From Candidatus Syntropharchaeum sp. (GTDB lineage: Archaea; Halobacteriota; Syntropharchaeia; Syntropharchaeales; Syntropharchaeaceae): a DNA stretch of 64,000 nucleotides. A program made the translations under genes and the position numbers. Positions 27,609-37,379 of the stretch are shown one piece after another; the first letter of the stretch is position 1; each line of letters begins with the position of its first letter. Location of the stretch: assembly GCA_026134025.1 (NCBI GenBank), contig JAOQII010000004.1, positions 19,409 through 83,408 of the forward strand. Reading direction: 5' to 3'. The notes under the pieces were generated by a model. The model worked only from the letters and a program-made list of their open reading frames with translations, made no database searches and was not told where the DNA came from.

Positions 27609-27727
27609 TCCAATTCAGCTTATTGATCGTGTCTCGCAAATAATGCCCATTCTTCCGACAGATTTAAGTAGGTTGGTGGATGAAAATTAGCGTTGATAAT
27701 CTGATTTAATGAATGGAGAGGAGTTGA

Positions 27728-27952
<225 letters not shown>

Positions 27953-27984
27953 AATTTGGAATTAAAGATTGCGAGGTGAAGTAA

Positions 27985-28164
27985 ATGTCGAAAGGAACTC
28001 CTTCAATGGGAAAACGACAGAAGAAGAGCCATATCAGGTGCAGGCGATGTGGGAATAATTCATTCAATGTCCATCGAAAGGTCTGTGCATCATGTGGGTT
28101 TGGCAAAAGCAGACGTTTGAAATCGAATCAATGGCAGGTCAAGCGGGTTAAGTGGAACGTTTGA
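27985..28164 (+). CDS. rpl37e: 50S ribosomal protein L37e (eL37), zinc ribbon
   Basis: 59-aa ORF not in the track (below the 60-aa cutoff): [42 protein letters not shown]... is the canonical L37e C4 zinc ribbon. Conserved Sm-L37e pairing. Confidence 0.85.
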   Translation: MSKGTPSMGKRQKKSHIRCRRCGNNSFNVHRKVCASCGFGKSRRLKSNQWQVKRVKWNV

Positions 28165-28175
28165 GCGTTTGAGAT

Positions 28176-29441
28176 ATGCTGCAGGTTAAGGGTCTGATTC
28201 TGATACTTTTTTTGATCTTTCTCTCATTCTCGCTATGTTGTATCGAAGAGGATTCAGATTTAGAGATCTCAACACCTGCTGAAACAGCAATAGAAACACC
28301 GGTTGCCACACCCCAACTCACGCCCACCCCATCGCTCAACCTGACAGCGATCGTCGATAAGGTGGAGGAGGTTCGTGGGCTGAATCTCATCGCTGATATT
28401 CCACAGCGGGAAATTAGCAGAGAGGAGCTTGAAGAACGATACAACACAACCGAAAAAGCGAGTGATGATCCTGATGATATTCTATTAAAAGCCCTCTTCA
28501 TGGTCGAATGGGACGATGACCTTGACAGGGTTGAGGCTTCGTACAAATCGAGTACGGTAATGGCGTACTATGACATCGAGAATAAAGAGATGGTGATCGT
28601 CAGCGGGTATGAGGCTGAACTTGAAAAGATCTATGCGCACGAGTACACACATGTACTCCAGGATCAGCACTTCAACCTGACAGAAATCCTCAACCAATCG
28701 ACCTTTGATGGTCGCATGGCACGAGATGCACTGGTTGAAGGGGATGCACTCCTCACCTGTGATCTCTATCAGGGTAAGACGCCATCGGGTCTCGCGATGG
28801 GGGTAAGCAAGGTCTATGAGGACGTTACACGAAGGACGCTCGAGGCATTCAGGACATTTTCGCATACCAGGGGTAAGTTCTTTGTGACCCAGCTCTATAA
28901 TGAGGGTGGTGGCTGGGAGCTTGTAAATGAAGCATATCGTAATCCACCGAGAACAACAGAGATGATAATGCACCCTGATAAATACACAAAAGGTGAAGAG
29001 GGAGTTAATATGTCAGCACCAGATCTCTTGCTGGATGGGTGGAATATGACGATCAACGATACGATGGGTGAGTTATTCATCCGTACAATGCTTGCTGATC
29101 ACATTAAATCGAGCAACGCATCCACATCAGCTTCAGGCTGGGGTGGAGACAGGTTAGTTCTCTATCAGAACGAGACTGACTACCTCTTTTGCTTCAATAT
29201 AAGCTGGGACAGCCCGATGGATGCAGATGAGTTTCTTGAAGGGTACAGAGAACTGATGAGATCTGTTAACGGGACGAAAATTGTTGATGAGAACGATTCT
29301 GTTGAGTGGGTGGTTGATGAGAATGAGTGGGTCCTGCTCCTTGAAATCAACGATTCTCTCAATCGAACGGTTCTTGCAGGATCATCCAACCCAGGAGTTC
29401 TCAATGAGCGTATGGAGGTTCTGGTGAATGGAGCTTGCTGA
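28176..29441 (+). CDS. Secreted putative zinc metallopeptidase (HExxH) with Thr/Pro-rich linker
   Basis: Signal peptide, TPVATPQLTPTPS linker, HEYTHVLQDQH zinc-binding motif, multiple N-glycosylation sequons (NxT/S). Confidence 0.5.
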   Translation: MLQVKGLILILFLIFLSFSLCCIEEDSDLEISTPAETAIETPVATPQLTPTPSLNLTAIVDKVEEVRGLNLIADIPQREISREELEERYNTTEKASDDPDDILLKALFMVEWDDDLDRVEASYKSSTVMAYYDIENKEMVIVSGYEAELEKIYAHEYTHVLQDQHFNLTEILNQSTFDGRMARDALVEGDALLTCDLYQGKTPSGLAMGVSKVYEDVTRRTLEAFRTFSHTRGKFFVTQLYNEGGGWELVNEAYRNPPRTTEMIMHPDKYTKGEEGVNMSAPDLLLDGWNMTINDTMGELFIRTMLADHIKSSNASTSASGWGGDRLVLYQNETDYLFCFNISWDSPMDADEFLEGYRELMRSVNGTKIVDENDSVEWVVDENEWVLLLEINDSLNRTVLAGSSNPGVLNERMEVLVNGAC

Positions 29442-29703
29442 AGTTCGCGAGAAGATTAGAAGGATAGATGAAAGAATTGCAGAGCTGATCAAAGAGCGCA
29501 CAGATCTCGCCCCCCACGTCTTCAACGCCAAAAAGAAGATAAACTGCGAGATAGTCGATAACAGACAGGTGGAAGATGTTTTAAAACGAGCGGAAGCGTT
29601 TGCAATCGCGAATGGATTAAATCCAGATGCCATGAGGCAGATATTTGAGATCTTGATTAAGATGAATACAGAAGAGCAGGAGCGGCTCTCAAGGGAAGAT
29701 TGA
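29428..29703 (+). CDS. Chorismate mutase, AroQ class (CM type 2)
   Basis: 91 aa, all-helical. (L)REKIRRIDERIAELIKER ... N-terminal helix pattern and size match AroQ. Confidence 0.6.
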   Translation: MELAEVREKIRRIDERIAELIKERTDLAPHVFNAKKKINCEIVDNRQVEDVLKRAEAFAIANGLNPDAMRQIFEILIKMNTEEQERLSRED

Positions 29704-29766
29704 GATAATTTTTCTCATCGCAATCTATTTATATCATACACAAAGAAGATTTATGAGGTATGGAGT

Positions 29767-30726
29767 GTGAATCATAGTATTATCGTACTTGGGTTTGTTA
29801 TAGTTCTGGCTTTAAGTGTGGGTAGCGCGGGTGCGACTGAGATATGGGTGCCTGATGATTATTTGACAATTCAAGCAGCGGTGAATAGCGCTTCAGCGTA
29901 TGATACAATAATTGTTAAAGATGGGACATATACAGAGAATGTTCGTGTTAATACGGCTCATCTAACGATCAAGTCTGAGAATGGGTCTGGTTCAACAATG
30001 GTCCAAGCAGCAAGTTCAAACGATCATGTCTTTGATATAACCGCGAACTATGTGAATATCAGCGGGTTTACGGTGACGGGGGCAACATCAGGCACATGGA
30101 CCACTGGAATTCGAGTTAATAATGCTGATTCTTGCACGATATCTGAAAACAACGTAAATGGCAATAGGCACGGAATACGTCTTTCAGGTTCGAGCAGTCA
30201 GAACATAATCAGAGATAACACGGTAAGTTCAAACGAGAAGTATGGTGTTTACCTAAGCTCTGACTCAACCGATGAGAACGAGATCATCCAGAACACGCTG
30301 GCTTCAAATGAAGCAGGGGTTTATATCAATAATGCAGACTATAACAACATCTCCTGCAACTACATCTTCAACAACAGCTACGGCATCTATCTCAAAGCTG
30401 GATCGACAGATAACACGATCAAACACAACAACATCATCGCAAACGGTGAGCTACAAGATGATGGTAGTTACCACTGGCAGTTCTACAACGACCAGGAGGA
30501 GGATGTCAGTGCGACCAATAACTGGTGGGGCACGACCGATGACGACCAGATCAACGCGAGCATCTATGACTGGCATGATAACTCAGAAAAAGGTAATGTT
30601 ACGTATCTCCCGAAGCTCGGTGGGCCATCCTCGTGCGCTGAGATCCCTGAACCCCTCACGCTTGTGATGGTCACGCTGGGGATTCTTGGGGTGATCGGGG
30701 CTGTTTACAGGAAGAGAGAGCGGTGA
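29767..30726 (+). CDS. Secreted right-handed parallel beta-helix (NosD/PbH1-like) repeat protein with C-terminal PEP-CTERM-type sorting signal
   Basis: Signal peptide, tandem about 22-aa beta-helix repeats (NNVNGNRHGIRLSGSSSQNIIRDNTVSSNEKYGVYLS...). C-terminus IPEPLTLVMVTLGILGVIGAVYRKRER has the PEP motif, a TM helix and a basic tail. Confidence 0.65.
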   Translation: MNHSIIVLGFVIVLALSVGSAGATEIWVPDDYLTIQAAVNSASAYDTIIVKDGTYTENVRVNTAHLTIKSENGSGSTMVQAASSNDHVFDITANYVNISGFTVTGATSGTWTTGIRVNNADSCTISENNVNGNRHGIRLSGSSSQNIIRDNTVSSNEKYGVYLSSDSTDENEIIQNTLASNEAGVYINNADYNNISCNYIFNNSYGIYLKAGSTDNTIKHNNIIANGELQDDGSYHWQFYNDQEEDVSATNNWWGTTDDDQINASIYDWHDNSEKGNVTYLPKLGGPSSCAEIPEPLTLVMVTLGILGVIGAVYRKRER

Positions 30727-30749
30727 TATTTCTTCTTTTCTTTTTACCG

Positions 30750-31160
30750 TCAGATCCTATCGAGTATCTCCCGTAGCTGGTCGATCTCAAGCTCCTGTCT
30801 GTGGCGCTCGTCCTCCCACAGTTTTCTGTAGAAGTAGAGGTATTCATAGAGTGCTGGCAGGTCTCTGCAGAAGATGATTCTGTGGTTTTCTATGATCTGG
30901 GCTTTCATGTAGAGTGGTAGTTCTTCAAAGAGCCATATATCGTATGGTTCACTGGTATCCAGATTTTTCCATGTATCTGCCAGGATTCTGCTCATCTCAT
31001 CTGGATCTTTTATCTTTGGTGCAACGATGGCGATGTCCAGATCACTTCTGCACGTGGATTCGCGCTTTGTTGTTGAGCCAAACTGGAGCAGCGCGAGGAT
31101 TCGCTGATCTTTCTGTAGCCATAAGCCTGATGCTATCGATCCAGCGCTCTCTTCAGCCAT
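30750..31160 (-). CDS. Minimal nucleotidyltransferase (MntA-type antitoxin, Pol-beta superfamily)
   Basis: GS-x9-DxD motif (FGSTTKRESTCRSDLDIAIV). Overlaps the upstream HEPN gene by 28 nt. Confidence 0.7.
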   Translation of the reverse strand: MAEESAGSIASGLWLQKDQRILALLQFGSTTKRESTCRSDLDIAIVAPKIKDPDEMSRILADTWKNLDTSEPYDIWLFEELPLYMKAQIIENHRIIFCRDLPALYEYLYFYRKLWEDERHRQELEIDQLREILDRI

Positions 31161-31570
31161 TCCGTCACCACATCGATGAAAGTTTCCGTGTGAGGCAGGA
31201 GTTTTTCGATCGAAATAAAGGCAATTTCAGGGTTTAGACCATTGTATCCGTGTATCAATCTGTTTCTAAGCCCATTTGCCTCGTTCAGGGTTTCTTTAAG
31301 CTTTTTGTCGATCACACCATGCTCGTAGAGGATGTTGATATTGGTGTAATCATCCTTCGGGAGTTTTCCCTCATCTTTTAAGATCATTGCAAGAATGTCT
31401 GTTGAAGCTTCCACGATCTCCTGCATCGCTTTGTAGATCGCAAGCCTTGTTTTCTTATCGATATTTTCTTTTGTATCGGTTTCACGCATCCATCTGTTTA
31501 TATCTTCACTCCGCTCCTTTATGTGATCTATTTTATCGATGTATCTTCGAACCCTCTCTTTCTCCATCAT
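31133..31570 (-). CDS. HEPN-domain toxin (HepT/DUF86 type)
   Basis: R-x4-HGY motif (GLRNRLIHGY) near the C-terminus. 145 aa. Operonic with the MNT gene. Confidence 0.75.
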   Translation of the reverse strand: MMEKERVRRYIDKIDHIKERSEDINRWMRETDTKENIDKKTRLAIYKAMQEIVEASTDILAMILKDEGKLPKDDYTNINILYEHGVIDKKLKETLNEANGLRNRLIHGYNGLNPEIAFISIEKLLPHTETFIDVVTEWLKRALDR

Positions 31571-31693
31571 TCCATCATTCTACTGGCTGATAGATAAAGC
31601 TTACCGCTGGATCGAGAAGATCAGAGGAAAAGACTAAAAGATACAAATTCACACATCAGGTATATATACTTCCACATGAAAGATCAATAGACG

Positions 31694-31924
31694 ATGATCG
31701 CGATGGCAACGCCAACAGTCATATCTGCGATTGGGGGAAGCGAGCTTGGCGTCTATGCCGTGCTGCTCCTCATTGGTCTTCTATCGGCTGCAGAGATTCT
31801 TGGTGCAGAACCTGATATCAGAAAGCGATTTGCTCCGTTCATGGAAGCTTATAATGCCATTGTGGTACCGCTCCTATTTGTATTCTCGTTGATTGTCTTA
31901 ACAAGGGTGCTCATGATTCTCTGA
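31694..31924 (+). CDS. Small hydrophobic membrane protein (hypothetical)
   Basis: 76-aa ORF with two predicted TM helices. Weak support. Confidence 0.3.
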   Translation: MIAMATPTVISAIGGSELGVYAVLLLIGLLSAAEILGAEPDIRKRFAPFMEAYNAIVVPLLFVFSLIVLTRVLMIL

Positions 31925-31939
31925 TATTTTTTGTGCGAT

Positions 31940-32680
31940 TTACATCCAGATTGGACAGATGACGAGGTAAAAAATATTAAGGAGAGCGTGAGAGATGAGA
32001 ACACCCGCGATGCTCCCGCTCTTTGATACCACATACCCGAAGAAGATCGAGGTCAGGAATACAAGCAGAATGAGCCACAGCCCTGATGCATAAGAGACAA
32101 AGAATGTGGCATAGAGGGTTGATGTCAGAAGGATCGCAAAAAGGGGGTTTTTCATAGCTCTTTCAACCGATTGCTGGATGATACCCCTGAATATAAGCTC
32201 ATCTGTGAATGCAGCAAGCATGAGGATCAATGATGCAGGGATTGGTGTTCCAGGTCCCGATGGCATGAGTAGCATCCATTCGAGATATCCGATAAAGGGA
32301 CCTGCAATGATGCATACTATCTGCAATATAGGATCTCTCAAAAGCATGCCCACCTCTTCGAGTGATATTCCAAGTACCGTGATCAGAATCAGCGAACCAG
32401 CAAGGAGTGAGATCGTTACCGCTATAAGATACCCCTCGTACGTGATGAGCTCAACAGGGATTGAGAGTGTTATGATACGATAAAGAGGAATGAGCGTCAT
32501 CACCTGGAAGAGGCGGGTAAAATCTGAAGAGAGGTCTTTTATGAAGGTGAACTGGAGGATCAAAAGTAATAAGATTGCGATATTGGATGTGATGCCAGCC
32601 TTCGGACCTGCGAAACATGTTGAGACCTCAGCGAGGATAATCAAGAGCGAGGTAAGTATCAGATGAGATACGGGTCGCAT
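31940..32680 (-). CDS. CPBP-family intramembrane metalloprotease (CAAX protease/Abi domain)
   Basis: Polytopic membrane protein with CPBP motif 1 (FTDELIFRG, EExxxR-like) and motif HxxxN (SHALLN). Confidence 0.75.
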   Translation of the reverse strand: MRPVSHLILTSLLIILAEVSTCFAGPKAGITSNIAILLLLILQFTFIKDLSSDFTRLFQVMTLIPLYRIITLSIPVELITYEGYLIAVTISLLAGSLILITVLGISLEEVGMLLRDPILQIVCIIAGPFIGYLEWMLLMPSGPGTPIPASLILMLAAFTDELIFRGIIQQSVERAMKNPLFAILLTSTLYATFFVSYASGLWLILLVFLTSIFFGYVVSKSGSIAGVLISHALLNIFYLVICPIWM

Positions 32681-32817
32681 GATATATCTTTATTCAGGCT
32701 CACTTAAACGATTGCGGGTGATGACAAAATGACATCCATGCTCGCATGATCACAAAATTTATATAGGGGTAATTAGAGAAGTAATTTGATTACACAGAGG
32801 TAAGTAGGCGATATGGT

Positions 32818-33486
32818 ATGAAGATGATTAGAATGGCACTGGTTGGAGTGCTTCTGATGATGGTGGTTATGCCGGCGGTTGGGGCTACATTCACGCTTGC
32901 TGATGAAGTGAAAAATTCGGTCGATAGCCAACCATATATCGTTATAGTTATGGAGCAGGGGGGTGGACCACCTGTTATACTAAAGCAAGGTGAGTCATAC
33001 GAGGTTCTTAGCGGCGTGCCTGTCAACTTCACGGCGGTATATATCTGGAAATGGCCTGGGAATGAGTTGAGTGATAATGAGATATTGGATATCGTACAAA
33101 GTGATGGAGAGACCATCAATAAATTTCAACAAAATACAGTTACTTCGCAAGCGTTCAATATAAAGAATATGTGGAAGGTGTATATCAATGAATCTACGGG
33201 TGACAGCACGGTATTAGGAGAAGGTGGACCATTGGATTTGAAGTGGAAATTCATACCGCGTTGCTACCTAGTTGGATGGACGCCGGCAGATAAAGTAAAT
33301 GAATACTATCCAGGCAAGGTTGGATCAACGTTTGATGTGACTGCAATGTGGAATAAATGGTGTTGGGGATCATCAATTCTTACAATAGAAGATATAGGTA
33401 TCGTCCCAGAACCCACCACTCTCGCCTTGACAGTCCTTGGCATCCTGGGCATTCTTGGATTTGTTAGAAGGAGAAGAGAGGCGTAA
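32818..33486 (+). CDS. PEP-CTERM-type sorting-signal protein (secreted)
   Basis: Signal peptide MKMIRMALVGVLLMMVVMPAVGA. C-terminus VPEPTTLALTVLGILGILGFVRRRREA. Confidence 0.65.
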   Translation: MKMIRMALVGVLLMMVVMPAVGATFTLADEVKNSVDSQPYIVIVMEQGGGPPVILKQGESYEVLSGVPVNFTAVYIWKWPGNELSDNEILDIVQSDGETINKFQQNTVTSQAFNIKNMWKVYINESTGDSTVLGEGGPLDLKWKFIPRCYLVGWTPADKVNEYYPGKVGSTFDVTAMWNKWCWGSSILTIEDIGIVPEPTTLALTVLGILGILGFVRRRREA

Positions 33487-33553
33487 CACGTATTATCACA
33501 ATGTTTATAACTGATAATGTGAGAGATGAAGTAATAATAGGAGGCGATATTGT

Positions 33554-34087
33554 ATGAAGACAATTAGAATGGCACTGGTTGGAGTGTTTCTGATGATGCT
33601 GGTTATGCCGGCGGTGGCAGCGTATAATATAGATATTTTCATGGATTGGAACCATGATGGTAATTTCGCGTGCGATGAAAGGCTTGTGCCAGGTGCTAAC
33701 TATACCGTTACGGCTGGTGTGGAGTATGATTTTATAGCCCACTTCTACGACTGGGGAGCGGACTCTTTTACATGGAATTTTGATGTTGGTGGACGCCATG
33801 ACGGTGAAGGGACAACATATCAGTATGGCGGGTACTGTAAGAATTGTAGCTGTTGCATGGATTGTGGCTGGTGGTCCAATGTATTATCCTATACCCCGGT
33901 GCTTGATGAGACCTTTGAGGTAAGTGCAGATTGCCTTGCCCATGGGATAACTGGATATTATGGTAGTACAAACGTAACGTTTGAAGCAGCAAGCATAACT
34001 GCCGTCCCAGAACCCACCACCCTCGCTCTAACAGCCCTTGGCATGCTGGGTGTTCTTGGATTTGTCAGAAGGAGAAGAGAGGCGTGA
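33554..34087 (+). CDS. PEP-CTERM-type sorting-signal protein, Cys-rich paralog
   Basis: Near-identical signal peptide (MKTIRMALVGVFLMMLVMPAVAA) and C-terminus (VPEPTTLALTALGMLGVLGFVRRRREA). Cys cluster YCKNCSCCMDCGWW. Confidence 0.65.
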   Translation: MKTIRMALVGVFLMMLVMPAVAAYNIDIFMDWNHDGNFACDERLVPGANYTVTAGVEYDFIAHFYDWGADSFTWNFDVGGRHDGEGTTYQYGGYCKNCSCCMDCGWWSNVLSYTPVLDETFEVSADCLAHGITGYYGSTNVTFEAASITAVPEPTTLALTALGMLGVLGFVRRRREA

Positions 34088-34097
34088 TCAACGCTTC

Positions 34098-35183
34098 CTA
34101 ACTCACGATCCTCAAGATATCACCATCTACAAGTGTGTGGGTCAGTCCTATACGCTGCCCCTCGTGCTTTGCAGATCGCCCCCAGACCTGTGCGTATTTA
34201 AAACTTCTTTTAAGATCACGATGTATCTTATCTGCCACATCAGCAACCGTAGCACCTGATTTTATGATAAGTGGATGCTCCATGTCTGCTTTCTTTCCAG
34301 GGGGCTTCATATAGATATGTATAAACCCAAGACCCCTGAATATCCGCTTCTTTAGCTCCTCCAGACCCTCTCCGGTCTCAGCAGAGATTAAAACAGCATT
34401 TGGTATTGTTCTTAATTGCTCAATCTCACGTCGATCTACGAGATCTATCTTGTTTATTATCCTCAATGACGGAATATAGAGCCTGTTTGCGAGGATTGCA
34501 TCGATCAATCGGTCGATCGTGAGATCTTCCCTGATTATAATATCTGCGTTGTGGATCTTATACTCTGAGAGAACTGTTTTTATCAGGGTCTCATCAAGCT
34601 GGACGTTTGGGGTTCTGTTAATCCTGATCCCACCTCGATCTTTCTTTATTATCCTCACATCTGGTGGAGCGAGGTTAAGCCTGATGCCTGCGTTGTAAAG
34701 CTCATGCTCGATCAATTCAAGCCGTTCAACCTCAAATACCGTCGTGAGAAGAAGGATCATATCTGCGGTTCTAACAACAGAGATCACCTCTTTCCCTCGT
34801 CCTTTCCCGATCGATGCACCCTCGATCAATCCTGGCACATCAACAAGCTGAATCTTTGCCCCCTGTATCTCCATCGCGCCCGGGATTACATCGAGCGTTG
34901 TGAAGTCGTATGCTGCAACCTCTGAGGTTGCGTTCGTGAACTTATTCAGGAGTGTGGACTTTCCCACAGATGGAGGGCCCACAAGTACCACTGTTGCATC
35001 CCCGGTCTTCTTCACCGAGTAACCACCGTGATGACTCTTTTTTGATGCTCTTTTGATCGCTTCGTCCCTGAGTTTAGCGAGCTTGGCTTTTAACTTGCCG
35101 ATATGGTGCTGGGTGGCTTTGTTATACGGCGTCTTTTTTATCTCTTCCTCGATCGCTCTGATTTCATCCTCTATTACCATCAT
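34098..35183 (-). CDS. DRG-family GTPase (Obg superfamily, C-terminal TGS domain)
   Basis: N-terminus IEDEIRAIEEEIKKTPYNKATQHHIGKLKAKLAKLR, G1 GPPSVGKSTLL, G3 DVPG, TGS-like C-terminus. Confidence 0.85.
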   Translation of the reverse strand: MMVIEDEIRAIEEEIKKTPYNKATQHHIGKLKAKLAKLRDEAIKRASKKSHHGGYSVKKTGDATVVLVGPPSVGKSTLLNKFTNATSEVAAYDFTTLDVIPGAMEIQGAKIQLVDVPGLIEGASIGKGRGKEVISVVRTADMILLLTTVFEVERLELIEHELYNAGIRLNLAPPDVRIIKKDRGGIRINRTPNVQLDETLIKTVLSEYKIHNADIIIREDLTIDRLIDAILANRLYIPSLRIINKIDLVDRREIEQLRTIPNAVLISAETGEGLEELKKRIFRGLGFIHIYMKPPGKKADMEHPLIIKSGATVADVADKIHRDLKRSFKYAQVWGRSAKHEGQRIGLTHTLVDGDILRIVS

Positions 35184-35250
35184 ACATCTATTGGCGCGCT
35201 TAGCTCAAAAAGTTTTTTAAGGTTTCATTGAGAACGCATCACGTGGTGGT

Positions 35251-36030
35251 TTGATGAAACAGGATGAGATCATTGATACGCTAAAAGCTCTTTTAGATTA
35301 TATAAACATCCACAGGGTCTTATCAGAAGAGGAATTACGCCTCAAGATAACCGAAGAGGTTTCAAAGATAGATGAGGAGAGGAGAAAAGAGATAGAGTAC
35401 AATCTTGGAGGGAATATGGAGGATCTTATATTTGAGAGCATTACGACACACGAGAAACTTTCTATAACCTCTCCAGATCTCCATGTCAAGATAAACTACC
35501 TTGGTGAGGTCTTCTACTGCCCGCCAAGCCATACATACATGGAAGCAGAGATCAAAGAAGCGTTCCTGCGCCTTGCGATGGGGCGTGTTGACTTTGAACA
35601 GTTCAAATCCGTGGTATCGAACTTCCTCGCCAGTGCGGGATATGAAATAGAGGTTAGAAATAATGAAGATGAGATTCTGGCAGCGAAAGATGGATTTGAG
35701 CCGCTCCGTGTACATCTTCTTCCCACGATAAATCTGGCAGCGAATAAACTTGAATCACTTGAAGGCGACGGGAACGTCCTTGTTGTTCCTACCGAGAAAA
35801 CACCATGGGCGTTTGTGAACTTTATTCATAACATGGATGATTACCAGATATCAAAGGATACAATGATATGGGTTGTAAACATCGGTAAAGGAACGGTAGA
35901 TCCTTTGATTGGCAATCCCACAGATGAAGATATAGCTTTGAGATTTGATAACCCGATGAGGGCAAGAAAAGCAGTTAAGATCTGGCGTGCATCCGCGCCT
36001 GGTGATAATTCGTTTCTTGGGTTGAATTGA
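35251..36030 (+). CDS. Hypothetical protein
   Basis: 259-aa ORF with no recognised motif. Confidence 0.35.
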   Translation: MMKQDEIIDTLKALLDYINIHRVLSEEELRLKITEEVSKIDEERRKEIEYNLGGNMEDLIFESITTHEKLSITSPDLHVKINYLGEVFYCPPSHTYMEAEIKEAFLRLAMGRVDFEQFKSVVSNFLASAGYEIEVRNNEDEILAAKDGFEPLRVHLLPTINLAANKLESLEGDGNVLVVPTEKTPWAFVNFIHNMDDYQISKDTMIWVVNIGKGTVDPLIGNPTDEDIALRFDNPMRARKAVKIWRASAPGDNSFLGLN

Positions 36031-36035
36031 ATCGT

Positions 36036-36497
36036 TCATTCGCGATCCAGAGCGATTATCATATCCTCTTTCAATATCCGAAGTACCATGTGTGACTTGA
36101 CCCGCGAAACCCCTTCAACCTGATTGAGCTTCCCCAGGTACGTGGCACATTCTTCACCCCTGCCAAAGCATCTTGACTTTACAACAAGATCGAAGTCACC
36201 TGTGACCTGATAGATGCAGCAAACCTCATGAAGCTCCCCGATCTTTGATGCAACACGTCTTGGGTCGTGATCGGATCCGACCTCCACCAGACTTATCATC
36301 GTATTCACACCTAAAACGGCATGATCAAGGATCGCTGTATAACCCTTTAAAATCCCACGCTCCTCAAGACGTCTTACACGCTCGCTCACCGTCGCAGTCG
36401 TTATCCCGATCTGTTCTGCGATTTTCCTGAAAGAGAGGCGCGCTTCACGCTGTAAGATCATCAATATCTTTCGATCAAGCTCATCGAGTTTCATCAT
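36036..36497 (-). CDS. Lrp/AsnC-family transcriptional regulator
   Basis: LDELDRKILMILQREARLSFRKIAEQIGITTATVSERVRRLEERGIL HTH plus RAM domain. Confidence 0.85.
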   Translation of the reverse strand: MMKLDELDRKILMILQREARLSFRKIAEQIGITTATVSERVRRLEERGILKGYTAILDHAVLGVNTMISLVEVGSDHDPRRVASKIGELHEVCCIYQVTGDFDLVVKSRCFGRGEECATYLGKLNQVEGVSRVKSHMVLRILKEDMIIALDRE

Positions 36498-37341
36498 TTC
36501 TCCTTTCTATCAGCGTTCCGACACCCTGATCTGTAAATAACTCAAGGAGGATCGAGTGTGGACGCTTCCCATCTATGATATGGCACTTGATGCCTGCCTC
36601 AACCGCACACAGGGCTGCGTCTACCTTCGGGATCATCCCACTTGCGATCACACCTTCATCGATCAACCTGAGGGCATTTTCTTTGGTTAAAGTTGGAATC
36701 AGGCTATCTGGATCACTGACGTCTTCTAAAACGCCACTGACATCTGTCAGAAAGAGAAGACGCTTCGCACCAATCGCAACTGCGATCTCACCTGCCACCA
36801 TATCTGCGTTGATATTGAGGCTGTTTCCCTCAGGATCCACACCGATCGGGGATACAACCGGGATGTAACCCTTACCTGCTGTGATCTCAAGAATCTCAGG
36901 GTTTATCGAGGTGATATTACCGACCCAGCCAAGCTCTTCGCTCTTCTTCTCACCCTCGATGAGCCTGCCATCCTTGCCAGATAGCCCTACGCCCTTTGCC
37001 CCGTACTTTCCGATCAGTGATACGATCTTCTGGTTGACGTTGCCAACGAGCACCATCCTTGTGATCTCAAGGGTCTCATCATCCGTGACCCGCAGACCTT
37101 TAACAAATGTGGGCTTCTTACCAAAGAGATCCATCTTCTCTGTGATCTCCTTCCCACCACCGTGAACGAGAACTGGCATGATCCCAACATAGCGAAGCAG
37201 GATAACATCCTTGACAAGATTCTCCATCAGTCTATCATCGACGAGTACCTCTCCACCCACTTTAAGAACCATCACTGATTTATAGAACTTCTGGATGTAA
37301 GGCAGCGCCTCGATTAAGATGTCCTCTCGCTTCAGGGTCAT
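36481..37341 (-). CDS. argB: Acetylglutamate kinase
   Basis: Amino-acid kinase fold: LIEALPYIQKFYKSVMVLKVGG, VLVHGGG, GKDGRL motifs. 286 aa. Confidence 0.8.
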   Translation of the reverse strand: MTLKREDILIEALPYIQKFYKSVMVLKVGGEVLVDDRLMENLVKDVILLRYVGIMPVLVHGGGKEITEKMDLFGKKPTFVKGLRVTDDETLEITRMVLVGNVNQKIVSLIGKYGAKGVGLSGKDGRLIEGEKKSEELGWVGNITSINPEILEITAGKGYIPVVSPIGVDPEGNSLNINADMVAGEIAVAIGAKRLLFLTDVSGVLEDVSDPDSLIPTLTKENALRLIDEGVIASGMIPKVDAALCAVEAGIKCHIIDGKRPHSILLELFTDQGVGTLIERRNDETR

Positions 37342-37379
37342 GCCTATTTACGTCTGTTTATTTTTTATAAAAGTTTTGA

